Source of the DNA: Myxococcota bacterium
GTDB taxonomy: Bacteria > Myxococcota_A > Polyangia > Nannocystales > Nannocystaceae
Assembly (NCBI GenBank): GCA_039194325.1
Contig: JBCCWC010000002.1
Location: 1 to 64,000 of the forward strand
DNA: 64,000 nt
Reading direction: 5' to 3'
In this document: in pieces, positions 38,820-49,030 of the stretch
Position numbering within the stretch: the first letter of the stretch is position 1
Layout: each line of letters starts with the position of its first letter
The notes under the pieces: generated by a model
Seen by the model: only the letters and a program-made list of their open reading frames with translations
Told to the model about the DNA's origin: nothing
Database searches by the model: none
Program-made: the position numbers and the translations under genes

Positions 38820-39835
38820 GCATTGCGCTGTCGCTCGTCATCGTCACCGTCATCGTCATCGTCATCGTTGCGCTCTTGTTGGCCGACTTCCTGCGGTGGC
38901 GTCGTGGTCGGCGGGCGGTCCAGCGCTCCTTCCAGATCGCCCGCGTTCGCGGTTTCGACATCCCCTACCTGGTCGTGGGGCCGCCCGACGGGCCCCCGGT
39001 GCTCTTGTCGACGGGAGGAGGGGCGGGCATCGACTCCGTGCACGCCATGCCGTGGCTGACCGACGCCGGCTATCGATTGATCGCGATCTGCCGCCCGGGC
39101 TACTACGGCGTCCCGCTCGAGGCGGCCCCCAGCTTGCGGGCTCAGGCGGATCTCTACGCCGAGGTGCTCTGCGTCCTCGGCGTTCGCGAGCCCGTGCATG
39201 TCTTCGGGGTCTCTGCGGGCGGGCCGACGGCTCTGCACTACGCGGCCAAGCACCCGACCCGGTCGCTGCTGCTGTGGTGCGCGGTCACGGGCCGCTACAC
39301 GCCCAATCAGGCGTCGATGGACTCGGCGCTCGGCCGGCTGGTGCTCTTTACGCGAGGGCAGGCGCTGATCTCCTGGCTCCTCAGTCGGAGCGCCCGCTGG
39401 ATCCCGCGGACCACGATGGCCACGTTCCTGCGCACCGAGAGCACGCTCGGCAAGCCCCAGATCGACGCCGTGGTCGACCAGACCCTCGCCTGTGCCGCCC
39501 ACCGGCGGCGGTTTCGAACCTTCGTCGACTCGACCACCCCGATGACCGAGCTCTACCCGGGGATGATGGACGAGCTGCACAAGATGGGCGAGGACTGGAC
39601 CGCCGACTGGGCTCGCATTCGGGCCCCGACGCTGGCCGTGGCCTCGGCGGTCGACAAGGACGTCGGTGCCGACCATATCGAACGGGTCGCGCGACGGCTG
39701 CCCTCCGCCACGATCCTCGAGGTGCGCGCGGGTGGCCACTTGGTGTGGTGGGGCCGCGAGGGCGAGGGCGTCATCGAGGCCTCGCTTCGGCACCTCGCAC
39801 GCTATACGCCAGCGGGGCCGGCCCGGGGCGATTGA
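38816..39835 (+). CDS. Alpha/beta hydrolase with an N-terminal membrane anchor
   Basis: RPGYY, nucleophile elbow GVSAGG, IRAPTL..D and GGH motifs; ATGA overlap with TetR. Confidence 0.85.
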   Translation: MSIALSLVIVTVIVIVIVALLLADFLRWRRGRRAVQRSFQIARVRGFDIPYLVVGPPDGPPVLLSTGGGAGIDSVHAMPWLTDAGYRLIAICRPGYYGVPLEAAPSLRAQADLYAEVLCVLGVREPVHVFGVSAGGPTALHYAAKHPTRSLLLWCAVTGRYTPNQASMDSALGRLVLFTRGQALISWLLSRSARWIPRTTMATFLRTESTLGKPQIDAVVDQTLACAAHRRRFRTFVDSTTPMTELYPGMMDELHKMGEDWTADWARIRAPTLAVASAVDKDVGADHIERVARRLPSATILEVRAGGHLVWWGREGEGVIEASLRHLARYTPAGPARGD

Positions 39836-39962
39836 TGGCTCCGCCAACGTTCACGAGCCGGTGTCCGTGAACATATGAAAGTCAGTGCCGCCCGACCGTA
39901 CCGGCAAAGAGGCGCGCGGTCGACCCCGCGCTGCGCTCGATGGTGGATGATATCGTGTCGAG

Positions 39963-40589
39963 ATGGACGAGGACTGGGATCTGCTCTCACGCTGGCGAAG
40001 AGGCGACCAGAGCGCGGCCAATGCCCTTCTCGGCCGCTATTTCGACATCCTGATGCGGTTTTTTGGGACCAAGGTGGCCAGCCCCGAAGATGCGGCGGAC
40101 CTCGTCTCCGAGACCATGCTCGGGTGCATCAAAGGCAAGGACCAAGTACGCGAGGGCTCGTTTCGCAGCTTCCTGTTTGCCATCGCGCTCAACAAGCTCC
40201 GGCTCTATGTTCGCAAGCGCCACAAGCGCCAGCGCGAGGCCGACGACTTCGCCTCGGTGTGTGCCAACGATATCGAGAACGCGCGCTCCATCACTTCGCT
40301 GCTGTCGCACAGCGAGGAGATCAAGCTGCTGACCAAGGGGCTGCGCATGATCCCCATGGACTTCCAGATCGTGCTCGAGCTCCAGCTGGTCGAGGGGTTG
40401 ACCGGGCCGGAGATTGCTCAGCTTCTGTCGCTGCCCACGGCGACCGCCTACTCGCGCCTGCGCTTGGGGCGCAAGCACCTGGGCGAGGCCATCGCCCAGT
40501 TGGAGAAGAACCCCGCGCTGGTGCAGTCGACCCTCACCGATCTCGAGCACTGGGCCCAGATGGTGCGCCGAAATATCGACGCGGGTTGA
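39963..40589 (+). CDS. ECF-type RNA polymerase sigma factor
   Basis: Region 2 (DAADLVSET, SFRSFLFAIALN) and region 4 (EGLTGPEIAQLL...TAYSRLRLGR) with a short C-terminal extension. Confidence 0.85.
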   Translation: MDEDWDLLSRWRRGDQSAANALLGRYFDILMRFFGTKVASPEDAADLVSETMLGCIKGKDQVREGSFRSFLFAIALNKLRLYVRKRHKRQREADDFASVCANDIENARSITSLLSHSEEIKLLTKGLRMIPMDFQIVLELQLVEGLTGPEIAQLLSLPTATAYSRLRLGRKHLGEAIAQLEKNPALVQSTLTDLEHWAQMVRRNIDAG

Positions 40590-40758
40590 TGGGCCTTCCC
40601 CCACATGGCGCCCGTTCGTTCGGTACGCCATCGTCGATTTTTTTCGCCGGCCGGTGATAGTTCGGGTCGCGGTCGAAACTCCTGTTCTCGAAGACAGCGC
40701 AGCAAGGCAGCACAACGCTGCCCCCTCCGCAGGCGCTTCATTTCGGGAGATCTGCAAG

Positions 40759-41526
40759 ATGCATCGTTTGTTCAAACTCGTCCCCTCCTCCACCATTCGC
40801 CGCATGGCCGTGAGCACCGGCCTGTTGCTAGCGCTGGCGACCACCGCTGAGGTTCAGGCGTCGTCGGGCGTCACCGCGACTGTCACCGCCGTCACAGGCG
40901 GCAGCCTCGTCGAGGTCTCCGGTACCAACGGTGTCGACACCGTCACCTTCGAGGAGGACGGCGCCAACTACATCGTCACGTCCAATGGGGTCACCATCGC
41001 CACCACCAGCGACCCCGTTCGGGTAATATTCGAGGGCAAAGATGGCGGTGATTACTTCTCTAACGAAACCGATATTCCGTCGACGGTATACGGGGGCGAA
41101 GGAAACGATTTCCTCTACGGAGGTAATGTGGATGATATTATTTACGGAAATAAGGGGGCCGACTATATCGAGTGCGGCGCTGGCGACGACGTGGTCTATG
41201 GCGGCAACGGGAGTGATGAGATCTACGGGGGCGACGACAACGACGAGCTATGGGGTGAGGAAGACGCGGACGCCATCTACGGTGGTGCAGGCAGCGACAC
41301 CCTCCGCGGTGGGAAGGGCGACGACACCCTCGTGGGTCAAGACGACGTAGACTACATCTACGGCGGTAACGGGAACGATGACATGTTGGGGTGTGGCGGT
41401 AACGACCACGTCTACGGACAGTCGGGCTCGTCCGACGAGAGCGATTGCGGCAACGACAACAACGACACCGCGTGCGTAGCCGAGGACGACACGGCCTTCC
41501 AGTCGAACGATTCGCTGTGCTCCTGA
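40759..41526 (+). CDS. Secreted calcium-binding protein with RTX/hemolysin-type GGxGxD repeats
   Basis: Repeated YGGEGNDFL, YGGNGSDEI, YGGAGSDTL, RGGKGDDTL and similar nonapeptides; N-terminal Sec-type signal ending VQA. Confidence 0.85.
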   Translation: MHRLFKLVPSSTIRRMAVSTGLLLALATTAEVQASSGVTATVTAVTGGSLVEVSGTNGVDTVTFEEDGANYIVTSNGVTIATTSDPVRVIFEGKDGGDYFSNETDIPSTVYGGEGNDFLYGGNVDDIIYGNKGADYIECGAGDDVVYGGNGSDEIYGGDDNDELWGEEDADAIYGGAGSDTLRGGKGDDTLVGQDDVDYIYGGNGNDDMLGCGGNDHVYGQSGSSDESDCGNDNNDTACVAEDDTAFQSNDSLCS

Positions 41527-41539
41527 GGGGATGAGGTCA

Positions 41540-41567
41540 GGTGCCCGACCCGGGGAGGTCGGGCACC
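41540..41567. terminator. Hairpin downstream of the RTX gene
   Basis: GGTGCCCGACC-CGGGGA-GGTCGGGCACC, a perfect 11-bp stem; no U-tract. Confidence 0.55.
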
Positions 41568-41685
41568 CGACGGTCCTCGCTCGTTCGCCCGCGTTCGCGG
41601 GTTGTTCGATAGAGTCCAGCCGTCCACGCTCGAGCGCGAGTGCGACGAGCCGGGGTCCGAGGCCATCGACCGCCAGCTCCACCAC

Positions 41686-42871
41686 CTATCGCATCCGGGC
41701 ATCCATGATGCACTCCGACTGCTCTTGCCGTCCCCTCGTCGCTTCGAATGCGTCGTGGTGCGCGCGCTGCCACGCCTCTGCGTAGCGATCAAGCCGCTCG
41801 CGCCGTGACGCCCAGCCCGAGCACGGTCACCATAGTGCGCAGTGGACACCGGCAACGTCGCGGCCGGGCAAGCTCCTGCTCGAGCTGAGCGATAAGAGCG
41901 CTCATCGACGGCCAGCGGTCATCGGCGCGCTGCTCCAGGCCCCGCTCGAGTGCGGCGAGGACCTCGGCGGGGACCTCCGCGCGGCGAGCCTGTGGTGCGC
42001 GCAGCCCCGCGGCCATGCTGCGGGTGAGCTCGGCGACGGTGCTGCCCTCGAACGGTGGCTGACCGAGCAGCGCGGTATAGAGCGCCACACAGAACCCGAA
42101 TTGATCACTCCGAGTATCACCGCGGCTTCCAGCGAGCTGCTCGGGCGCCATGTAGGCCGGAGTCCCTGCAATGGTGGACTGAGTGGTGGACTGAGTGATG
42201 GAGGGTAGAGCGTCGGTGGACTCCATCCCTCGTGCCGCTTGGAACTCGTCGGTGTCGCCGAGCACGCGTACGAGGCCGAAATCCGACACCTTGACCGCCC
42301 CCTCGTCGGAGAGCAGCACGTTGTCGGGCTTGAAGTCGCAGTGGGCCAGGCCGGCCTCGTGCGCCGCGACCAGGCCGGCCCCCGCCCGGCAAAATACCCG
42401 CACGATCTCCGACCAGTGCCGCTGTGGCCCGGTGAGCCACCCCGAGAGCGTCGTCCCCTCGACGTACTCCATCGCCAGGTACAGCCGGCCTTCGTGAGTG
42501 CCCAGTTCGTGGACGCGGACGACGTTGTCGTGATCGAGCCGCGCCATCGCCCTCGCTTCGCGCCGCATCCGACGCTCGTCGGCGTCGTCGGCGTGCCGAA
42601 GGCGAGGGTGCAGCATCTTGAGGGCGATCTTCCTATCCAGGTCGGGGTCTCGCACCAGGTAGACCACGCCCATCCCCCCCGCCCCGAGCCGGCGGATGAA
42701 CTCGTAGCGACCGATCCGGGTCGCCTCGGGTTCGTCCGCGTCCTCCCCTGCCATGCGGGCCAGCACCCGGCGATAGACCGCGCCTCGCTCGACCGAGGGC
42801 AGGCCCAGGTAGTCTCCCAGCTTCGTGGTCGGAGGTAGCTCCGCTGGCTGCTTGAGCTTGGTTGGTTCCAT
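41686..42871 (-). pseudogene. Truncated Ser/Thr kinase-TPR gene (kinase ORF 41789-42871 plus an out-of-frame remnant)
   Basis: Kinase motifs are present but HRD reads HCD. The ORF stops inside the TM. Another frame continues RERLDRYAEAWQRAHHDAFEATRGRQEQSECIMDARMR*, matching the post-TM domain of the 35144 kinase. Confidence 0.8.
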
Positions 42872-43179
42872 CGTACGGGTTCCCTGAACGCACGGTCCTT
42901 GACCGGGCGTGACACTGAGCGACGAACATTTCACCGCGCGACCTCGGCCCGCTCGCGTCGTCTCCGCCCGTGACCTCCTCGCGGTGGCACGCGCGGCGTC
43001 GATCTACGCGCGGTTGGCAAGGCCGGACATCGTTCACTCGTCCGCTGATGAGGGTCAGGAGCTCCTGGGCCCGTCTACCGCGTCGCCTGGTTCAAAGTAT
43101 GAACGGAACGGAGCATCACGGCCGGGTTATCACTGTCGGCCACGACGTCGAATTGCGCCGACGTGGTGTCGGCGGCGCC

Positions 43180-44163
43180 CTACGCGGTGTCCGGCGGCGC
43201 CTGAAACTGGATGGCGACGCGGATCAGCCCGGGCATGTCCTCGACGTCCAGCTTCTCCATGATCCGGAGTCGGTACGTGCTCACCGTCGAGGTGGAGATG
43301 CCCAGGGTGTAGGCGATCTCCTTGTTGGCCTTGCCCTGGGTGAGGAGCCCAAAGACCTCGTACTCCCGGGCTGAGAGCTGCAAGATCGGGTTCTCGGCGA
43401 TCGTGGGGGGAGAGTCTCGGAGGCTCTCGCCGACGTCTTCGCTCTGCGTGAGCGCCGGGGTCAGCAGCTCGATCGCCCGTGCAATGCCGTCGATGGGTTG
43501 GGTCTGCTTGGTGCGATCCAGTTGCTCCAAGGCCAGCCGGATCCGCTCGATGACGTCGACCCGCAGGCGCTGGGCGAGACCGGCGTCTCGGTCCTCGCGG
43601 TGGGACAGCCAGCGACGGGTCTGCTCGTAGAGCTGCTCGCTCTGAACCCGGACAAGGGCACTGAGCGCCTCGCGCTCCTCCGCCACCGCGCGACGCTCGG
43701 CCAGCTCTTGGCGCAGCTGCTCGGTTGCCTCCGCCACCCTGGTCCGCAGCTCCTCCGCGTGGCGCGCGATCTGCCGCCTCTGGCTGACGATCTCCAGATG
43801 GGTGCGCACCCGCGCGACGAGCTCGGGCGCCTCGAACGGCTTGGTGATGTAGTCGACCCCGCCCAGCTCGAAGGCCCGCAGCTTGTCGTCGACCTGCGAG
43901 CGCGCGGTCATGTAGATGACCGGGATGTCCGCGGTCGCCGGGTCTGCCTTCAGGCGGCGGCAGGTCTCGTAGCCGTCGATGCCCGGCATCTGAATATCGA
44001 GCAGGATCAGGTCGGGCGTGGCCCGCCGTGCGCGGCGCAGTCCGCTCTCGCCGTCCCGCGCGGTCAGGACCACGAAGGTGTACTCCGACAGGTGCATGGA
44101 CGCGACTTTCAGGTTTGCCGCGTTGTCGTCGATGATCAAGATTCGGGGCCGGCTATCGTCCAT
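43180..44163 (-). CDS. Response regulator: REC, coiled coil, LuxR-type HTH
   Basis: ILIIDDN, DLILLDIQMPGIDGYE and DYITKPF; LSAREYEVF...NKEIAYTLGISTSTVSTYRLRIMEKL. An alternative GTG start lies at 44172. Confidence 0.85.
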   Translation of the reverse strand: MDDSRPRILIIDDNAANLKVASMHLSEYTFVVLTARDGESGLRRARRATPDLILLDIQMPGIDGYETCRRLKADPATADIPVIYMTARSQVDDKLRAFELGGVDYITKPFEAPELVARVRTHLEIVSQRRQIARHAEELRTRVAEATEQLRQELAERRAVAEEREALSALVRVQSEQLYEQTRRWLSHREDRDAGLAQRLRVDVIERIRLALEQLDRTKQTQPIDGIARAIELLTPALTQSEDVGESLRDSPPTIAENPILQLSAREYEVFGLLTQGKANKEIAYTLGISTSTVSTYRLRIMEKLDVEDMPGLIRVAIQFQAPPDTA

Positions 44164-45785
44164 CACGTACACCTGTCGAGCAGGTCCAGGATCATCTCGT
44201 CCTCGAAGTCTTCGGCGAGGCTGCAGACGCGCGCGGCGAACGGGGCGAGCTGTGGGGCCCGCGAGGCCAGCGCCCGTGCGTGGCGGGCGACCTCCTGCAT
44301 GTCTCCCAGCAGCGCGCTCTCGCGCAGCGCGGTGGCATCCGCGGCGCTTGGGTACTTCGTCAGCTCCGTTGTTCCCGCAGGGGAGCGCCCGCCCGAGGGC
44401 AGGCAGACCTCGACCCGCGTCCCCTCCCCCAAGGTGCTCTTGAGCGCGACGGTGCCGCCCATCGCTTCCACGATCTGGCGGGTGATCGCCAACCCCAGCC
44501 CGGAGCCCTGCTGGTCGCTGCTTGCGACCCGCTCGAAGCGCTCGAAGATCGTGTCCAGCCGGTCGGCAGGGATGCCGACGCCCGTGTCCTCGACGAGGAT
44601 CTGCAGCGGCCCGGGCGGTGGGGCACGCAGGTGCACCCGCACCGAGCCGTGCTCGGTGAACTTGATCGCGTTGCCGACTAGGTTGGTCAGCACCTGCCGG
44701 AGCCGCTTTTGGTCCGAGATGATCTGGCTCGGTACGTCGGGATCGACCGAGGCGCTCAGGATGAGCCCTTTGTCGGTGGCCTGAGGCCCCAGCAGAGTCT
44801 GCGCGGCCTGGACGACCGCCCGCGGGTCGACCGGCCCCATCGACAGGTTCATCTTTCCGGACTCGATGGCCGCGGTGTCGAGGGCCTCCGAGACGAGCTC
44901 GAGCAAGTGGCGGCTGCTGGAGAGGATGGTCCGGACGCCCTCGCGGCTTTGGTCCGACAGCTCCGGTGCCGCCTGGAGGTGCTGGGCGTAGCCGAGGATC
45001 GCGTTCATCGGCGTGCGCAGCTCATGGCTCATGGTGGCGACGAACTCGCTCTTTGCGGCGCTATTGGCCTGGAGCAGGGCCTCCCGAGCCTCACGACGGA
45101 TGTTGTCCCGCTCGGCGGACTCGCGTCGGCGCTCCTGCTCGATCAGTCGGGCGGTCACCTCGCGCATCATGACCCCGAACAAGGCGACGAGCCCGCCCAA
45201 GCCGCACAGCATGATGCCCTGCCGCAGCGTCTCACCCCAGCTGGTGATCGCGACGGTGACCGCTTGCGGTCCTGTGAGCTCCGTCAGCCAGGGACGCGCG
45301 AGCGGGAACAGGCCCACGTGCTGCACCGCGCACCACCCCCCGATCCCCAAGCTCAGCCGCGGGTTCAGCATCAGCGCGGTCAGTGAGATCATCGCCATCG
45401 AGTACATACCCAAGGAGCCGTTGTAGGTCGCAGCGAGCTCCGTTGGATCGAAGACCAGGTTGAGTAGCCCGATCATGCCTTGTGCCGAGGCAAACCAGAG
45501 CAGGAACAGGTTGATGCACCCAGGCTTGAGCACCCGCGCCCGGGTGGCCAGCCAAAACGCCAGGATGCTGGGCAACGTGACCACCAGGACGAAGCGCAAC
45601 GCCACTGGGGGGAGCTGCCAGGTGGGTTCGTCGAAGATGAAGGCGAGCACCTGCGCGCCCACCAGGCCGAGCCCCATCGCCCCGAGTGTGAGCAGCGCGC
45701 CGGTCGATAGGGTTCGGTTGGCGAAGACCAGCACGGCGTTCTCGAGGTCGCCGTGGTTGGATGAAGGCGGCGGGGCGTTCTTCAT
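44163..45785 (-). CDS. Multi-TM sensor histidine kinase
   Basis: About 5-6 TM segments; AKSEFVATMSHELRTPMNAILG, NLVGNAIKFT, DTGVGI and GSGLGLAI motifs. Confidence 0.85.
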   Translation of the reverse strand: MKNAPPPSSNHGDLENAVLVFANRTLSTGALLTLGAMGLGLVGAQVLAFIFDEPTWQLPPVALRFVLVVTLPSILAFWLATRARVLKPGCINLFLLWFASAQGMIGLLNLVFDPTELAATYNGSLGMYSMAMISLTALMLNPRLSLGIGGWCAVQHVGLFPLARPWLTELTGPQAVTVAITSWGETLRQGIMLCGLGGLVALFGVMMREVTARLIEQERRRESAERDNIRREAREALLQANSAAKSEFVATMSHELRTPMNAILGYAQHLQAAPELSDQSREGVRTILSSSRHLLELVSEALDTAAIESGKMNLSMGPVDPRAVVQAAQTLLGPQATDKGLILSASVDPDVPSQIISDQKRLRQVLTNLVGNAIKFTEHGSVRVHLRAPPPGPLQILVEDTGVGIPADRLDTIFERFERVASSDQQGSGLGLAITRQIVEAMGGTVALKSTLGEGTRVEVCLPSGGRSPAGTTELTKYPSAADATALRESALLGDMQEVARHARALASRAPQLAPFAARVCSLAEDFEDEMILDLLDRCT

Positions 45786-45931
45786 CGGCCTAAAGTGTAC
45801 GGCAAGCCGGGGCACGAGCCGAAGGCAGTGCCGAGGTCTTGCTCCAGCACCTCGCACACCACACGCCGGCGCCCTGAGCCGCGGGGAGCAGGAGCGATGG
45901 TCAACCCGCGGCGCACTGGTAAGCTCGGCCG

Positions 45932-47113
45932 GTGCGCTCTTTGACGACCGTGTGCTCCCTGGCCCTGTTCGCCGCTGCGGGCTGTGCCGACGACGACTTC
46001 GCCACGCCCTTGCCGTCTCCATTTCCAGAGGCGTCGATCTCCCTGGAGTACGAGGTATTGACCGAAGGGCTCGCGATCCCGTTCGACGTTGCGGTGCTGT
46101 CCGATGACGAGTTCTTCGTGACCGATCGCGTGGGCAAGCTGTTTCGCTACTCCGGTGGATCGCTCGTCGAGATCACGGGCATGCCGGTCGTCACGACCTT
46201 TGGGGATCCGGGGATCCCCGCGATCATGCACGGCGGGCTCATGGACATCGAGCTTCACCCCGGCTACCCCGACGTCCCGTGGCTCTACATCTCGTTCTTT
46301 TCCGAGGGATTCCTGCGGGTCGAGCGATTCCAGGTCCAGGGCAACACCGCGACCGATTTCGAGCCGATCTTCACCAGCCGCACCGAGGGCTACTACGGCA
46401 ACGGCGCGCGGATCGTCTGGCACGACGACCAGCACTTCTTCCTCAACATCGGCGGGTCGACACTCAGCACGGTCTCCGATCCGGACCTCATCTCCCAGGA
46501 CCTTGACGAGGACTGGGGCAAGATCCACCGCCTGCGCGACGACGGCTCGATCCCCGACACGAACCCGATCCTCCCGGAGCTCGAAGAGCCCACGAGCATC
46601 TGGAGCTACGGCCACCGCGACGCGCAGGGGCTCTACTTCGACGCAGAAGAGGATGTGCTCTTTGCCGTCGAGCACGGTCCCAAGGGAGGTGACGAGTTCA
46701 ACGTGATCGAGCCGGGCGGGAACTACGGCTGGCCGCTGTTCACCTACGGCATCGACTATAGCGGCATGTCGGTCTCGACGATCACCGAGGCAGAAGCGAG
46801 CGAGACGACGGTCCTACCCGAGCACCACTGGACCATCCCGACCGACGACGGGGGCCAGGCCATCGCCCCGGCCTTCCTGCTCGGCGTGCGCCAGAGCAAC
46901 TTCGGCGCGTGGAACGGCAAATTCCTGCTCAGCTCGCTGTTCTATCGCTGGCTGCTGCTCTACGATCGTCAGACCGACACGACCGAGGCACTCCCCCTCA
47001 CGGGGCGCATTCGAAGCGCGGCCCAGCTGCCTGGTGGCAACATCCTGATCTTGCGAGAGCGCACGAGAGCCGATTCCACCGACGGCCAGCTCATCCGGCT
47101 GTCGCCGCTTTGA
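45932..47113 (+). CDS. PQQ-dependent sugar dehydrogenase (GSDH/YliI-like) lipoprotein
   Basis: Lipobox AAGC; GGLMDIELHP, GKIHRL..DGSIP..NP, IWSYGHRDAQG and EHGPKGGDEFN...GGNYGWP motifs. Confidence 0.85.
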   Translation: MRSLTTVCSLALFAAAGCADDDFATPLPSPFPEASISLEYEVLTEGLAIPFDVAVLSDDEFFVTDRVGKLFRYSGGSLVEITGMPVVTTFGDPGIPAIMHGGLMDIELHPGYPDVPWLYISFFSEGFLRVERFQVQGNTATDFEPIFTSRTEGYYGNGARIVWHDDQHFFLNIGGSTLSTVSDPDLISQDLDEDWGKIHRLRDDGSIPDTNPILPELEEPTSIWSYGHRDAQGLYFDAEEDVLFAVEHGPKGGDEFNVIEPGGNYGWPLFTYGIDYSGMSVSTITEAEASETTVLPEHHWTIPTDDGGQAIAPAFLLGVRQSNFGAWNGKFLLSSLFYRWLLLYDRQTDTTEALPLTGRIRSAAQLPGGNILILRERTRADSTDGQLIRLSPL

Positions 47114-47199
47114 TTCCGGTTGGATCTCAGCTCGCGCGGCTCTACCGTCTTTGCGCCTCTGCGCCCGCCGGCTCGGTGGTGCTGCTACGCTCCCCGCCG

Positions 47200-48696
47200 A
47201 TGTCACGCCTTCTTGGCGACGGGCCTCGCCCCGCGGAGGTCTCCGAGGTCGACGACGCGAACCACGACGAACCCGCGGTCTGTGGCGATCCAACCGGACG
47301 TGAAGACGGCCGTGACGCCGACCGCAACGCGCCTCTGCGAGCTTCCCCGTGGCCTGTCGAGCCCCGCTTCTTGCTCGTGCTCGTCGTGTTGGCCCTGCTC
47401 ACCCGCCTCGTCTGGGTCCTGTGGCTCCATCCTCCGGGCGACTACATCTTCAGCGACATGAAGAAGTACGTGGATCGAGCCCAGGATCTGGCGCTCCACG
47501 GGATCCACCCCCAGCGCACGCTGGCCTGGCAAGCCTGGGGCACCCACTACCTGCTGGCGATCCCGCTGCGGCTGTTTGGTCCGCAGGCCTTCCGCGCGGG
47601 CGCGGTGCTGTGGGGCCTGATGGCCGCCGCGGCCGTCCCGGCGGGCTATCTGCTGGCCTGCCGCGTGAGCACCCGGGCCTGGATGCCGCGGGTGGTCGGG
47701 ATCGCCCTTTTGCTGTGGCATCCCAGCCTCTCCAACAGCGGCTACTTTCTGTCCGAAGCTCCGTTCCTGTGCTTTCAGCTGTGGTCCACCCTTGGGCTCG
47801 TGGTCGTGCTCCAGCAGGGGCGCCACGCGCTATGGGCGGGGTTGGCCTCGGCGGTCGCGTTTGCCGTGCGTCCCCAGTCCGCGCTGCTGTTCGTGCTGGT
47901 GCTGCTGACGTGGCTGGTCAATCGCCGGCGGCTCCCCCACGTGCGGGCGCGGCACCTGGTGCTGATCGCCGGACCGCTGCTGGCCATGCTCGCGTTCACT
48001 TCGTGGCGCTTTCACCTGCACACCGGTCGATGGCTCGGCGTGGCCGAGAACGCCAACATGAACCTCACCGCGGGGCGCTGTCACAACATCGTGACCCAGG
48101 CGTTTCGCTCCGAGAGCCACAAGCGTCGCAGCGAGCGAACCAACAACACCCGCAACGGTCGTCGCGTCAGCCTACCGGGGTTTCGGGTGCTGGCCCGCTC
48201 GGTGCCCCCCACGCACCCGCTGGCGCTGCGCCCCGCGATGCGCAGCGAGACGATCCGACTGGTGGGTTACATCGGGGATCCGCAGATCCACCGTGAGCTC
48301 CGGGCCGAATGCTACCGTCGCACCGGTTTTTTTGAACAGGCCCGCTACAGCCTCGTCAACGTGTCCCTGTTGTGGTTCATCGGTAACCAGTGGCCTGAGC
48401 AGAGCCGCAACAACCGCTTCTTGCGACCGCCGGTCGCCGTCTACAAGCACCTTGTTCAGGCGCTCGTCTGGTTTCCCTCCTTGGTGGGTCTGGGGGCGGG
48501 GCTTTGGTGGATCCGGCGGCGGCCCGGGCTGACCTTCTGCGCCTGGCAGCAGGTGACCTCCATGGCCGTGGCCATGGTTTTCTTTGGCACGATCCGTCTA
48601 CGCACGCCCTACGATCCCTACGCGATCATTTTGGCGCTCGAAGGCTGGGTGCTCATCGCGGCCGTCCTCGCGCGTTGGCGTCGGCGCGCGGGCTAG
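47200..48696 (+). CDS. Integral membrane GT-C fold glycosyltransferase-like protein (ArnT/PMT-like)
   Basis: Multiple TMs; FSDMKKY in the first loop, LSEAPF, FAVRPQ and RLRTPYDP motifs. Confidence 0.6.
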   Translation: MSRLLGDGPRPAEVSEVDDANHDEPAVCGDPTGREDGRDADRNAPLRASPWPVEPRFLLVLVVLALLTRLVWVLWLHPPGDYIFSDMKKYVDRAQDLALHGIHPQRTLAWQAWGTHYLLAIPLRLFGPQAFRAGAVLWGLMAAAAVPAGYLLACRVSTRAWMPRVVGIALLLWHPSLSNSGYFLSEAPFLCFQLWSTLGLVVVLQQGRHALWAGLASAVAFAVRPQSALLFVLVLLTWLVNRRRLPHVRARHLVLIAGPLLAMLAFTSWRFHLHTGRWLGVAENANMNLTAGRCHNIVTQAFRSESHKRRSERTNNTRNGRRVSLPGFRVLARSVPPTHPLALRPAMRSETIRLVGYIGDPQIHRELRAECYRRTGFFEQARYSLVNVSLLWFIGNQWPEQSRNNRFLRPPVAVYKHLVQALVWFPSLVGLGAGLWWIRRRPGLTFCAWQQVTSMAVAMVFFGTIRLRTPYDPYAIILALEGWVLIAAVLARWRRRAG

Positions 48697-48851
48697 CAGC
48701 CAGTTGGCGAAGCCCTCGTGGGGCCGTCACACCGCCCCGGGGCACTCGTGCCCGAGGGTCGAGGTCGCGCTTGCGCTTCGCCCGCTGGCCGAGCTCGAGG
48801 GTGGATCTGGCGGGCCGAGCTTGCTCGCGGATCCTCTTTTTGCCGAGCTAT

Positions 48852-48899
48852 TGACCGATCGGGTGACCGATCGGGTGACCGATCGGGTGACCGATCGGG
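48852..48899. repeat. Intergenic perfect 12-bp tandem repeat TGACCGATCGGG x4
   Basis: Units at 48852, 48864, 48876 and 48888; each contains the palindrome CCGATCGG. Confidence 0.95.
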
Positions 48900-49030
48900 A
48901 GTCGGGTCCGAGGTGGAGGAGTCCCGCACGGGTCAGGTCCTGTCGATAGGGGAACCGCCCCCGTCCCGGCCCGAAAACCGGCCAGTGGGTGTGTTGCTCG
49001 CGCAGGGAGGCGTTCGCTAAAGTCGCACCT

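Noticed and set aside
48852..48899. Tandem repeats as a possible CRISPR array or iteron set (also 12082 and 21107)
   Set aside because: Units are directly adjacent with no unique spacers, are only 12 bp long, and no cas or rep gene is present.
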